A stretch of 63,010 nt of DNA, the filler included, from Asterionella formosa (lineage: Eukaryota): assembly GCA_002256025.1 (NCBI GenBank). It is 7 parts of 7 records of this genome, joined end to end, with 100 filler letters (N's around TTAATTAATTAA, not from the genome) between each part and the next. Parts side by side here need not be neighbours in the genome. Positions count along the whole stretch, not along the records: positions 9,041 to 17,963 come from NKIB01011442.1; positions 18,064 to 26,984 come from NKIB01011453.1; 5 more parts are not named here. One strand, written 5' to 3'. This document shows, in pieces, positions 11,899 to 23,535 of this stretch. The position numbers and the translations under genes are program-made. Each line of letters begins with the position of its first letter. Within the stretch, counting starts at the first letter, position 1. Below the pieces are notes generated by a model. The model searched no databases and was not told the DNA's origin. It saw nothing but the letters and a program-made list of their open reading frames with translations.

Positions 11899-14800
11899 TC
11901 AACCTGTATCACCCAAGACGACCGCATTCAAATCGATGCAGCAATCGTCAATCACGCACTGTTCTGTATTGCCCAGAGGTAAATGCAACACAGCCGAAAC
12001 AGAACGAACTGCCGCGCGATCGCTTTTACGAAGGGCAGCGATTGGACTACTCTGTGTTCCGGTAGTCTCAAAGAAAATAAATCGACTCGTGCCATTCAAG
12101 GCTATAGCCGCTTTTCCTCGAAGCGTTCCCCCTTTCGCGAGATAGCACTTCCTTCCCAATGAATCCACGAAAATGATTCGTCTCCACTGGATTAGATGAA
12201 GAAGACTGAGATACGTATTTTGATATTGCGCTTCACCGGCTTCACTGTTGTCAGCACGTGCTGCAGCGTACCATCCACCTTGAAATCCAATTTTCCCGGG
12301 AACGACATGACCTTCACTGTTCAAAGTTACTGTTGTATCTTTAGATATTATCCCATCAAATGTAGTAAGCACCACGTCATATTCGGTGAATTTCTTCGTA
12401 GCAGCTCGGTTGCGTTCTGACAGAGGCATTGTTGTATGATTCAAGACAGAGTGGAACGTTCCAACTCTCAAAACCCTTTCCCACTGTTCCAAACATGCTT
12501 TTGAGCGAGCAACAACCAACGTTCCTCCATTCATCACCTCTGAATCCGGAATGGAGTGTAAATTTCTTTCCCCTTGATCTAGGAGAAGCTTCACAGTCAT
12601 TCTGCAAATCTGATCAGTCGTCATCGAGAAAATGATCACCCTTTCGTTCCGTTCCACCAACTCATCAAAAACAGCGTTAATCTTTTGCCCAAGACGTCCT
12701 GGACAATCAGCGAGAGGATCTGGGAATGAGTGCAGAGAGCGTTGTTTCCCACGCTGTGAAAATCGTCGGTTCTTCTCGGGTCGAGTTACGTTCAGAGGCT
12801 GATAGTGAAAGGAAGCACCGTCTTTGAGGACGATGTTGGCTGGAATCTCTTGCAAATAGGACATTCCATTTTCCTTGGACTTGACACGCCGTTGCCGCTC
12901 ATGAATCGTTGTGACATCAATGGTTTCTACTGTATCATTTAGGTCCGCACCACAGCCGCTCTCCAAGCAAGGCCCTGTGTTTTCTTGGTTGAAATGCGGG
13001 CTTTGCATATTTGCCTGGTGAAGAATCGGGGACTGTGAGCTGCTAAAAAGAGGACAATTGTTGGGTGATGGATGAGAACAGTCCAATGGTGATGGAGCCG
13101 AAATTTCTTCCAATGGTCGAGGCTCACTAGCCATAGAACTGTTGTCCAAGCTATCGTCCGCTTGGAGTTGAGCTTGATCCATTCCTCGTTTCGCGCTGGT
13201 AGTGGCAAGGCGCTTCGTATGACTTCGGTGGACAGCGATGATATCAGGCGAATGGTCGGCTCGCGGCGAATATGAATCTTCTCTTGCAGAGCCTCGAACG
13301 ATTTCGACAGGCGACGATACGTCGTCATCGTAAAATGGTAACCCATTGGGCTTATGACTTGTAGTGTCTGGTGAGAGACGAAACGCGTGTTTCCTAGAAG
13401 ATCCAAGTGATGTATTTTCACTATCTTGAAACCTTGGTGACTCTCTCCTTTCTGATTTCTCCGGAGATGACAGCAATGCCAACGACCTATCTTGAGTCGA
13501 CCCTTCGATTGTGAAATATCCAATTGCCTGTGGGTTGTGAAGCAAAGTCCGGTCACCAAAAGATTTTGAATGTTGTTTGAGTTGTTGGGTGACTTTATTG
13601 CTCAGGGAAACAGAAACCACGCCCTTGACGCTCATGGTTACTTTTCTCAAATCCTCCGATTTACAAACAATCTCGTTGACCATATCTTGTGCTTCAAAGG
13701 GATGGGGACTTGCATCATTTGTGGTTGCAATTGTAGGTCGTTCTGGATAAAACTTTGTTATTATTTCGTCAATTTCATCGGCTAGGCTTATACCAGAGGG
13801 AGGATATTTTAGTCCTTCCAATAATGTTTCATTGATGACATTTCCTACTTCAGAGCCGGCATAAATTGGGACACAGTTACGATCCAAAATTGTTTTGATA
13901 TCAATCGAACGTTCACCGTCGACACGCCCTTCAGCAACGGTGACAATTTGATGCAGTTCGGAATTATTTGTATTTGCAGTTTTACACGCAGTACACGGTG
14001 TTTTGATCCTTGTCATATTCTCATTGACTTCTTCAAAGTCTCGTAGTGGAGGTAGTTGTGTCTCCAAAAGTTTGCTTTTTTGTACCATAGTTTGAGCGGC
14101 TTGCAAGAATGAGTCGTCAGGTACACTGTTAGCACCTTTGTTAGCATCAATCAATCGTGTGGTGCAGGTCGCCGTATCACCTTGGAAACAATCCAAAGGC
14201 TCTGGGAATGAAAGCGGTGAGTATAGTTTCCCATACGGCGAAACTTGTTTGTTGACTTTGGATCCAGTCGTATTCATCGGCTGCGAGTGCAAGGAAGTAT
14301 TTCCATTGAAAATATCACTTGCAGGAATCGCCACGGAATAAGACATTAGATTTTCCTTCAACTTGCTTTGCCGTTTCTGTTCATGAATCATTTCATGAAT
14401 CATGGTGACATCAATAGTTTCCGCTGTATCATGGCGATCAAATCGTCGTTCGATTCCTAAGCTTGACTTGGAGTCTTTCACATTGAAATCGGGGCTCGGC
14501 ATTGTCGAATGGCACTCAATCGGAGACTGTGAGTCGCTAAAAAGAAGACAATTATTTGGTGATGGAAGGTGATCACAGTCCAATTGCGATGGAGACAAAG
14601 TTTCGCCCAAGGGTCGAGTCGCACTAGCCATAGAACAGTTATCAGAGCTATCTTCAATTCGGAGACGAGATATATCCAGTCCTCGTTTCCCACTGGTGGT
14701 GGCAAGTCGCTTTGTATGATTTGTGCGGGCTGAATTACTATCAGGTGAGTGATAGGTTCGCGGCGAGTATGACTGCTCCCTTGTCGAACCTCTAACTATT

Positions 14801-17800
14801 TCCACAGGCGAAGTTGTCGATGCGTCATCATCATAAAATGCAAACCCAGTGGAGTTATGACTTGGGGTCCCTGGTGAGAGACGTAACGCGTGTTTCTTGG
14901 TAGATACATGTGATGTATTTTCACGATCCTGAAATCTCCCAGGTATGTCATCTCCTGCTATTGCCTTTCTATTTTCTCTTCCCTCAGCGGGCGAAAGTAA
15001 GGCCAAAGATGTATCTTCAGTCGACCCTCCGATTTTGTAGGTTTCATTCCTCGTAACGGAGCCTCCGCCGTCTTTATGATGAAATTCTTTTAGCTTGTCG
15101 TCTGGTGCATCATGGTGCAACGCGCAGTCACCTTCAGCCATTTTTGAACTCGGGTTAGAACGAGGAGTTACTTCAATGTTCTCGGAACTGAATGGGCGCC
15201 CCACGAGGAGCGCATTTACTCTTGCAAGGTCGGCTAGTTTTCGTTGATGTGACTTCGAGTTAAAGGCATGTAATCCCTCTGGAAATTTTTTCTCAAAGGT
15301 ACTGATCGCATGAAAAACGAACAGAGCATACTTTTCTTTAAACAATTGTTCCTCCGATCGTGAATTTTTCTGAAACACGATGGATTCAGTCGTAACTCCT
15401 TTTTCATCCGGTTTGAAACTTGTATGATCTGCAGGGGCAACCGCTGGTACTTCTGGATGGCGCTTGGACAAAATTTTGTGTGTTTCATCGGTAGGGCCAA
15501 CAGCCACTGGGTAATATTTCTGTTGAATCATAAGTTTGTCATTTTCTCCGTCATTGATGATATTTTCGAATTCGGAACTTGGATCACTTGGTACACGATG
15601 GTCACGCATCGATGCTGACAGGTTGTTCGGTCTCGTTTCTCCCCTGTATCCTTCATTGACGTCAAAAAACTCATTGATTTCTATGCTTGGTGTTTTTGTT
15701 GCATTGTACCCACTTGACAGGCTGAGTTCAAAGTCTCGTAGTCTAGGTAGTTGTGTCGCTACAAATTTGCTTTTTTGTACCATAGTTTGAGCAGCTTGCA
15801 AGAATGAATCGTCAGCTTCATTGCTATTGATTTTGTAAGAATTACTCATTTCTTCGAGGTTGACTTGGATTTTTCTTTCAAAGCAATTCAATGGTTCTGG
15901 AAATGAAAGCGGATTGAATATGTCTTCACACGGCGCATCAGATTGAACGTTCTTATTTCCAGTCATTTGCATAGAATTGAATTGCAAGGAAGCACCATCC
16001 TTAAGAATAGTTCTGGCAGGAACCTCGTGGATTCCACCTTCCTTCCACTTGATACGCTGTTTCTGCCCATGAATCATGGTGACATCAATAGTTTCCGCTG
16101 TATCATGGCAATCAAATCCTCGTTCAACTCCTGAGCTTGACTTGGAGTCTTCTATATTGAAATCGGGGCTCGGCATTGTCGAATGGCACTCAATCGGAGA
16201 CTGTGAGTCGCTAAAAAGAAGACAATTATTTGGTGATGGAAGGTGATCACAGTCCAATTGCGATTGAGACGAAGTTTCGTCCAAGGTTTCAGGCGTATTA
16301 TCCATAGAATAGTTATCAGAGCTATCTTCAATTCGGAGACGAGAGACGTCCATTCCTCGTTTCCCACTGGTGGTGGCAAGCCGCTTTGTATGATTTGTGC
16401 GGGCAGAATGACTGTCAGGCGAATGGTAGGTTCGTGGTGAGTATGACTCTTCCCTTGTCGAACCTCTAACTATTTCGACAGGCGACGACATGGATACGTA
16501 ATCATCGTGAAATGCAAACCCAGTGGAGGTATGGCTTGCGTTGCCTGCTAGGAGACGTGACGCGTGTTAACTAGTAGGTCCAATGGGACTAATTGTCGCT
16601 TCCCTAAAGTCTGGTAAGTATGTCATCTCTTAATTGTGACTTACTCGTTTTTTTGGTCTCATCTGGTGAAAGCAATGCCAAAGATGTATCTGGCATCGTG
16701 GTTTCATTGGTTAGCTTTTCATCTTCAAAGTTGGAGTCGGTCTGGGAGATGGCTGCAAGGCCGGCAAGGAGCGCATTGACTCTTCGCAGCTCCTCCAATT
16801 TTTGCTTGTGCGACATGGAGTTGAAGGCTTTCAAGCCTTCCGGATGATTCTCCTCGAAGGTTCTAATGGCATCAAAAACAATGATGGCGTACTTTTCTTG
16901 GAAAAGCTGCCCCTTCTCTCGCAATTTCAGCTGAAACTCTCGTGTTTCCAATGTATTGTTGTCAAGTGATGGTTGTAGTCTTGGATGTTTTGCGCTAGCA
17001 ATGCGTAGTCCTTCTGGGTGGAACTTTGAAGAAATCTCGCATGTCTCATTGGTCGTTATCCCATCACTATCATAAGTGGTCGGATATATTGGTTCAAGCA
17101 TGGTTTCATCCTGTGCTCCAGAATTGATGAAATGTCCGACTTGAGATCTTGCCTCATTTGCTAGCGAACAATACGACGTTCGGCCGTCTGCATGCTGTTG
17201 GGCGTTGTCGACAACCTGATGGTATTTCTCGACGTCTCGTGGTTGACTTTGTTGCGATTTCAAGGGTTTACTCTTTTGAATCATAGTTCTAGCGGCATGC
17301 AAAAACGATTCTTCAGCTTCAGTATTCGTGATTTTGTTAGCAGTAATCGTTCTTGTGGTGTTGACATCTGCATGACTTCTGTATCCATCCAGAGATGATA
17401 GCGCAGAGTATTGTTTACCGCGGCGGACGACTCTTTGTACTTTTTCGGTTCCAATCGCTTTCCGAGGCTGGATGTTGATGGAAGCACTACTCTTCATGAC
17501 TACATTGGCCGGAATCTCCTTGAAATAGGACCGTCCATCGCCTTCTAATCTTTCATCACTAGTACACCCTCGTATATTGTCGGCACACGGGAGCTGCTTA
17601 GTTTTGGTTGTCGCCTTGTTGTATACAGCAGTCGACAAGTTATGTATCCGTTCCGTTTGATCACTCGGTTGTTCCGGGCCTTGTTGCGATTCCATCTGTT
17701 TGTTTTTTAGTATCATTGCTTGGGCGGCTTGCCAGAACGAGTCGTCAGTGTTACTGTACGTTGTACTACTACTGCTTTTGTTGTTACTGGTAGTCATGTT

Positions 17801-17920
17801 TCTCTTGTAGGAGGTCTCCTTCCATGACAATGTCGATGATAATAATCCATTGTTCCTGTTATTTTCAGAACCAAGCGTCGTTTCTTGAGATTCGTCAAAC
17901 ACGGTAACAAGAGTTGGCAT
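11899..17920 (-). CDS. ~1974-aa protein with long internal repeats and C-terminal degenerate SNF2_N-like domain; exons 17920-16645 and 16547-11899
   Basis: ORFs 16604..17920 and 11899..16491 share repeat motifs (DDSF.QAAQ.M; LF.EKYA..VF.AI.TFE...PEGL.AFNS.SH..KL..L.RVNALL.G) and join in frame through a 97-nt GTAAGT...TTAAC...CCTAG intron (16644-16548). C-terminus has GGTLVV...LEQW, YDVVLTTF and LLHLIQWRRIIFVD, as in the Rad5/Rad16-type SNF2 N-lobe. Confidence 0.75.
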
Positions 17921-17963
17921 GATGTTGGTTTGGAATGGATCGCTTCTGAAAGCTAATTAATAA

Positions 17964-18063
17964 NNNNNNNNNNNNNNNNNNNNNNNNNNNNNNNNNNNNN
18001 NNNNNNNTTAATTAATTAANNNNNNNNNNNNNNNNNNNNNNNNNNNNNNNNNNNNNNNNNNNN
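17964..18063. other. Artificial scaffold spacer
   Basis: N44-TTAATTAATTAA-N44. Confidence 0.98.
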
Positions 18064-18963
18064 CAGCCACACTTGAACCAGACGTATTAGATGTACTGAA
18101 TACTGGTTGGTAAAATCAGTACCAGGTACCGGTACTACCGGTAGTACATCCTGTCTTCCATCATGATGAACCAAGATAATGTACTACCGGGTAGTCTAAC
18201 TGGTGCTCCGAGTACCAGTACCTGGGAGTACCTGGTACCGGAATACATGGACTTTTCCCAAAAAGGGTTGAAAAAGAGAAAACTATTCGTAAATTCAGCT
18301 GCCCATTGGCATTTGCACCACTATTACTTAGAAAAACCAAAATTGCACCATCAGACTACCCATATATAGAATCCGTGCTACTGCCTGCACTACCGTAGTG
18401 ATATTTTCTACATAGGATCACGATCAGATTCATATAAGATATGTATTTTGTAGTACTAGCCAACGGCCGTAGGCTACCCTGTACATACATGTAATGGGAC
18501 ATACCTGTACTGATAAAATATTGCAAGCATTCTGTATCATAGCATACCGTATATAGGTTACTAAGGCCCCGTCTTACGGTGCCCGAATTACGAAGATTCA
18601 GTCGCCCGGATACCTGTTGGGCGTTGAATCTTCGTATTTTTGTCCCTTACGGGCTAAATAACTCGCAAATCCCCCCCGATTACGAAGATTAATCTTTGTT
18701 TGCCCGAATATTTCGAGGGTCATCCCCGATGTTGACCCAATCTTCGTAGTTTCTTGAACAATCTTCGTTTCCCGAAGATTAATCTTCGGGCAAACGAAGA
18801 TTGTCTCCACCAATCAGAATGGCGGAAACAATTTATAATCGTCATCACATATACTGATGATATAGTATTCGATACTTCGATACTTCTATTGTAGTATTAT
18901 TGTCATTATTATTACCGTAGATATTATTAATATAATAATTCTTACTTTTAATATTTTTGTTTT

Positions 18964-20433
18964 ATGATAATAATTTGTAACATGACGACTCCGCCAATGC
19001 TATCATCAACCTTCCTGGCACATTATCAACAGTGTGTGCAGCCATGGAAGCAACAATGGTTGTCATGGCAACTACCAGCAGCCTTGCCAGCTGCGTTGCG
19101 AAATGAGCTGGTTTCTCAGTTCCATTTGGAAGCTCAATCTGAAAGAGGGAATCAGCAATCGCCGTCCAACAGCAATTGCCATTCAACAACATCTGCTAAG
19201 CGAAAAAGAAAGAAACGACCTCTGGTGTCAAGGGAAGAGTCATGTTGGTGGAAGAAGTTCCTAACAAACGAAAAGCGCATCTTACAATTGGACATTAGCA
19301 CATGGGAAGCAAGACTCTTTCGCAAAATTTTTCGTCTTCCATTCGACATATTCTTGAAACTGTATGATATGACAATATCTAATGGTTGGTATGATCCACA
19401 CAGGAAAGATTGCACCAATCTTCTGTGCAACAAGGACCTTGAGTTGCTCCTCCTGGGTGTTCTCTACACTCTAGCAACTGGTGCTTCCCATTTGTATGTG
19501 TATATTCAAACTGACATCTCTAAAGAGGTACACCGAAAATTTTTCATTCACTGGACTTCAAAGTTTGCAGAAAAGAAGGATGAATATGTATACATAGTGA
19601 GAGAGGAAGAGGAAGATGATGACCAACTGCAACGAATTCTAAATGATTACAGTTCCTTTGGGCTTCCAGGTTGTATAGGCTCAGTCGATTGTGTGCACAT
19701 TGTATGGAATCGATGTCCTGCCTACCAGAAGAATATATTTAAAGGTTCCAAGGGGTATCCCTCAGTTGTTTTTGAGGTGGTTTCTGATCACAGAAGAAAG
19801 ATTTTATCAATCAGCTACCTACACCCAGGAACAAGAAATGACAAACACATAGTCAAGTTTGATGCTGCTGTTTCCAATCTACACGATAGAAATTTGTTTC
19901 TTGGCAGGCAAGAGTGGAATGTGCTCACTGTTGAGTCTTCTATTACTTGTAAAGGCTACTATTTCATTTGTGATGGAGGGTACCTACGATGGCCAGTGTT
20001 GATTTGTCCAATTAAATACGGCAATGAACATGGAAAAGAAAGGGCATGGGGTATGATGGTGGAGTCAGTTCGAAAAGATATTGAATGTACTTTTGGGATA
20101 TTGAAAATTCGATGGTTATTTCTTAAGAACTGGAACAACTTGTCTCGACCTGAGCATATCGAAAATGCGTTCACATCATGCTGTATGCTCCATAACATTC
20201 TATTAGAAAGCGATGGTTACCTTGACTGTGAAAGTTCTGACACACAGCATATTGCGCATACTGTGCAAGGTGACTGCATGGAATTGCATGTTATTTCACA
20301 CCGCAACTTCTTGAATGAAACAGTGGCTGGGGGTAAACAAAGTCAATGGTGGAATAGAGTTCAACTACTTGTTGATCATTATGACGAATTTCGTAAAAGA
20401 TGTAACAAGAAGCAAGATAGCAAGATAGCTTAA
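18964..20433 (+). CDS. PIF/Harbinger (Plant_tran-type) DDE transposase
   Basis: Open 489 aa ORF with GLPGCIGSVDCVH, KGYPSVVFEVV, GTRNDK, ICDGGYLRWP and ESVRKDIECTFGILK; catalytic D-D-E present. Confidence 0.92.
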   Translation: MIIICNMTTPPMLSSTFLAHYQQCVQPWKQQWLSWQLPAALPAALRNELVSQFHLEAQSERGNQQSPSNSNCHSTTSAKRKRKKRPLVSREESCWWKKFLTNEKRILQLDISTWEARLFRKIFRLPFDIFLKLYDMTISNGWYDPHRKDCTNLLCNKDLELLLLGVLYTLATGASHLYVYIQTDISKEVHRKFFIHWTSKFAEKKDEYVYIVREEEEDDDQLQRILNDYSSFGLPGCIGSVDCVHIVWNRCPAYQKNIFKGSKGYPSVVFEVVSDHRRKILSISYLHPGTRNDKHIVKFDAAVSNLHDRNLFLGRQEWNVLTVESSITCKGYYFICDGGYLRWPVLICPIKYGNEHGKERAWGMMVESVRKDIECTFGILKIRWLFLKNWNNLSRPEHIENAFTSCCMLHNILLESDGYLDCESSDTQHIAHTVQGDCMELHVISHRNFLNETVAGGKQSQWWNRVQLLVDHYDEFRKRCNKKQDSKIA

Positions 20434-20810
20434 TATATATTATGTAACTATATATATTCTTAGTAAAATATATTCATGAGTATTTATGTTGCCTAATTAG
20501 TTCCTGAACATCAGAGCTGTGCATAGAAAAGCAAGCACCACAACACCAAATGTTCTGTAGATTTCGAAAACCATCACAGCAAATGGAGCATACAAATTTG
20601 TTGCAATCAATGCAAAGGTGTTAACTGTTCATGACTTGGCAGTCAGTGCAAATGCCTCCAACAAGTCCTGGGCCTTCTTGATCTTTATCTTGCTCATCAT
20701 TACGAACAAAAGAGGGAATTGGGGTAGTATTTGTTGGAGTGAGCTCATTTCCAAAGACACTTGTTGCACTGACAACACTTTTGTCAGTCATAACACTTGT
20801 ACTCTCAACA

Positions 20811-21796
20811 TCATACGTTTGTAGGGAAAGGGAGATTATTGAAACAATTCAAAACAGCTGCATGATATCTGTCTTCAGGGAGTATGTGCTTGAATCTTTC
20901 ATATAGATCAAGATGAGCAACAATCTCATCAGTTTTTCCCTTTCGAGTTTGTGCTGCTTGAAAATTGAGCATCGACATATCCATCATGGTTGGGGTTTTC
21001 TGTTTGCTTGCTTGGTGATGAATATTAATCATGATGATGCTTTCGTTTATTGCTCCTTCCATGCTCCTTATTCCTCTTCTCTTCGCGATCTGCCAGCAGC
21101 ATCTCTCCTCGACTTATATTTACAACATCGCTGTCTTTCACATCTGGAACCAATTGCATATTCTTCCGAAAAATCTTTAAAGTAAGCAAATAGCACAAAG
21201 TTGGATCCCTGTATTCCCAATGATTGGGTGGGCTTGGAACAACCATGATTTCGAGTCTGCTGGTTGATTGACCAGGTAGCTAGATCAACTCCATCAATCA
21301 TGATTTGACACATTGGATTCTTCTTTTCGAAACTTTGCTTGTAAATATTGCAGACAAATTTGAAATATGCATCCTTCAAACTTTGTCCACTTGGAAGTTT
21401 GTGCAAATCCTGGGCGATGTTTGAACTAGAAATGATACTGTTGCGAAGTTTGTTTCTAATCTCCTGCCACTTTCTCCATAAGGTATCGCCAGTCATGCTC
21501 GACTTATCCTTGGACCCCCATGCATATCGCAGTTGAGATTTTATGGCGGTATCACACATATCATCCTCAAGGTCTTCATCCAGAATTCGAAAATACGCTT
21601 CAGCCATATCTCGAAAGTTCTTCTCCTCCCTAGATGCAAACCTGTATTGAAGTTTACAACCAGCAGCAAATATAATGACAATCTGCAAACTTCGAAGCAT
21701 GTGCACTTGAATGGGGCCGCCTATCCAATATCGAATACGGTCGCAAAAGGAATTCTCCTCCTCAGTTGAGTTTTCTGTTGGTCCTTCAGTCGCCAT
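20811..21796 (-). pseudogene. Harbinger accessory (Myb/SANT-like) gene, apparently frameshifted or spliced
   Basis: Inside the TIRs and convergent with the transposase; TGDTLWRKWQEIRNKLRN resembles the third Myb/SANT helix; coding-like sequence continues in frames 21025..21246 and 20811..21062. Confidence 0.55.
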
Positions 21797-23535
21797 TATG
21801 ATAATAGAGAGATGCTGGTGGTGGGAGCAGAGGAGAAAGGAGATAGGAAGATGTGAAGGCCGATCACCTTAAAACAACAACAGCAACGATGATGATGGAG
21901 CATTGAGTGTTGACAATTTTCATTATAATTAATTACTATAATATTCCTGCAGACGAGACTACTAATTTTCACGTAGGAAATAAATTTCAATTCTCGAGAT
22001 CGGTCATTTGACGTATGGATTGACATACTACATAATCTTTGGGACCGTAAGGTGGCCATAAAATTTCCCGAATACGAAGATCGAAGATTTTGCCGCGATA
22101 GCTTTGCAATATTCGATCTTCGTATTTCGTGCACCGTAAGTTTCAGCCTAACATAACTGTACGCACGATCATGGTAGGAAAATACACTGTACGACTACAT
22201 ATTAGCTATTACACGGTACCTGGTACCAGGTACTACCACCTGGTACTGGTACCGTACACAAAAATTAAACCCCATCCTCATTCGTGTAGCACAGGTACTG
22301 GGTATGCAGCAGTGGTAGACTACAGGTACTTCTTACCTGGTAAGGAGAGGAAGGTGTGAGTGATGGGACACCAACAGCAGGTGAAGGAGGGAAGTCTGAG
22401 CTGCCAGTTTGTTTTTGGAACTATATACTTGGGTTGCACTCCCAGCAGATTGAGATGCTATATCGCCTAGTTTTGAAAGTATGGTGGATGACATCAGCCA
22501 ATCAACTCTCATCTTGAAGGAGTTTTGACTTCTGACTACCAGTATTATTGGTGGTAGAAGGATTGACAAGTATGCAGAATGATGATTGAGAGTCCAGAAA
22601 GAAGTTTTCAACAATTAACAAGTTGATGAACCAACAGAAATGATGCAGGATGTGCATCAGAGAGGTAGGAGGGAGGAAGCAATTCTGTCAGCATTGTAGT
22701 CTTTCTGTTACACCAAAAGCTATTTGTTCTTTGGTAGGAATGCAAAGTTGGAACTAGGTTTATAAGATAGCTACAAATGTTACAAGGGCTGTTCAGGATA
22801 GAGTAAAAAAGGTGGAGTATTGTTGCTTGGCAAAGCATTGTGTGGGAAATAATGACTACCCTACTTTGAGCTGCATTCTTTTCACTGCCACATTGCAAAT
22901 TGACAAAATGTATGAGGTATATATTCCAGATAGAACAGTGCCACAGATTAGATTGCCAATCAATTGATATCTGCTGATCATCACACTGGTGGTCATAATT
23001 TAGGTTATTATTACACAGATGCAAATGATTTCATACTTCTGTAGTACATTTTTTTCTCACTATTTTTCAATTTATGTAGCTACATATTGTTGATTGATTC
23101 ACTTCATTTCGGTTATGTGATAAATAGACATACCCACCAGTAATAGACTTGGTCCTCTATTTACTGTAATATAGTGCAAAAGTATATGTACTTGTGGTGA
23201 CTCCATATTAAGTACTCTAATATATCCAATGGTCTATTCCCCGGATACACGTACCCTGTTTCGGTACCCTGGTACCCGGTACCAGTACCAGGTACCACCA
23301 GTCGATAGGAGCAATGGTAGGTGCAACCAGGAACAGTACCGGTATTCTCGCTAGCTTTGTGCACAATACTGGAGTACGAGTAAACTACTAGTGCTATCTT
23401 CCACTACGGGTTTAACTGGGAGTTAAATTTTTTACGACTACGTCCCCGGTATATATGTGTTTTGGTGCCGAGTAAAATTATGTCTACATACAGTAACGAG
23501 GATAAATTATTTATCGGATTATCATCATCCGTTCT

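Larger units (their letters stand above)
18565..22148 (+). mobile_element. Structurally complete PIF/Harbinger DNA transposon (3584 bp)
   Basis: 33-bp imperfect TIRs (GGCCCCGTCTTACGGTGCCCGAATTACGAAGAT at 18565-18597; inverse GGCTGAAACTTACGGTGCACGAAATACGAAGAT at 22116-22148), TAA on both flanks (18562-18564, 22149-22151), transposase plus a convergent second gene. Confidence 0.92.
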
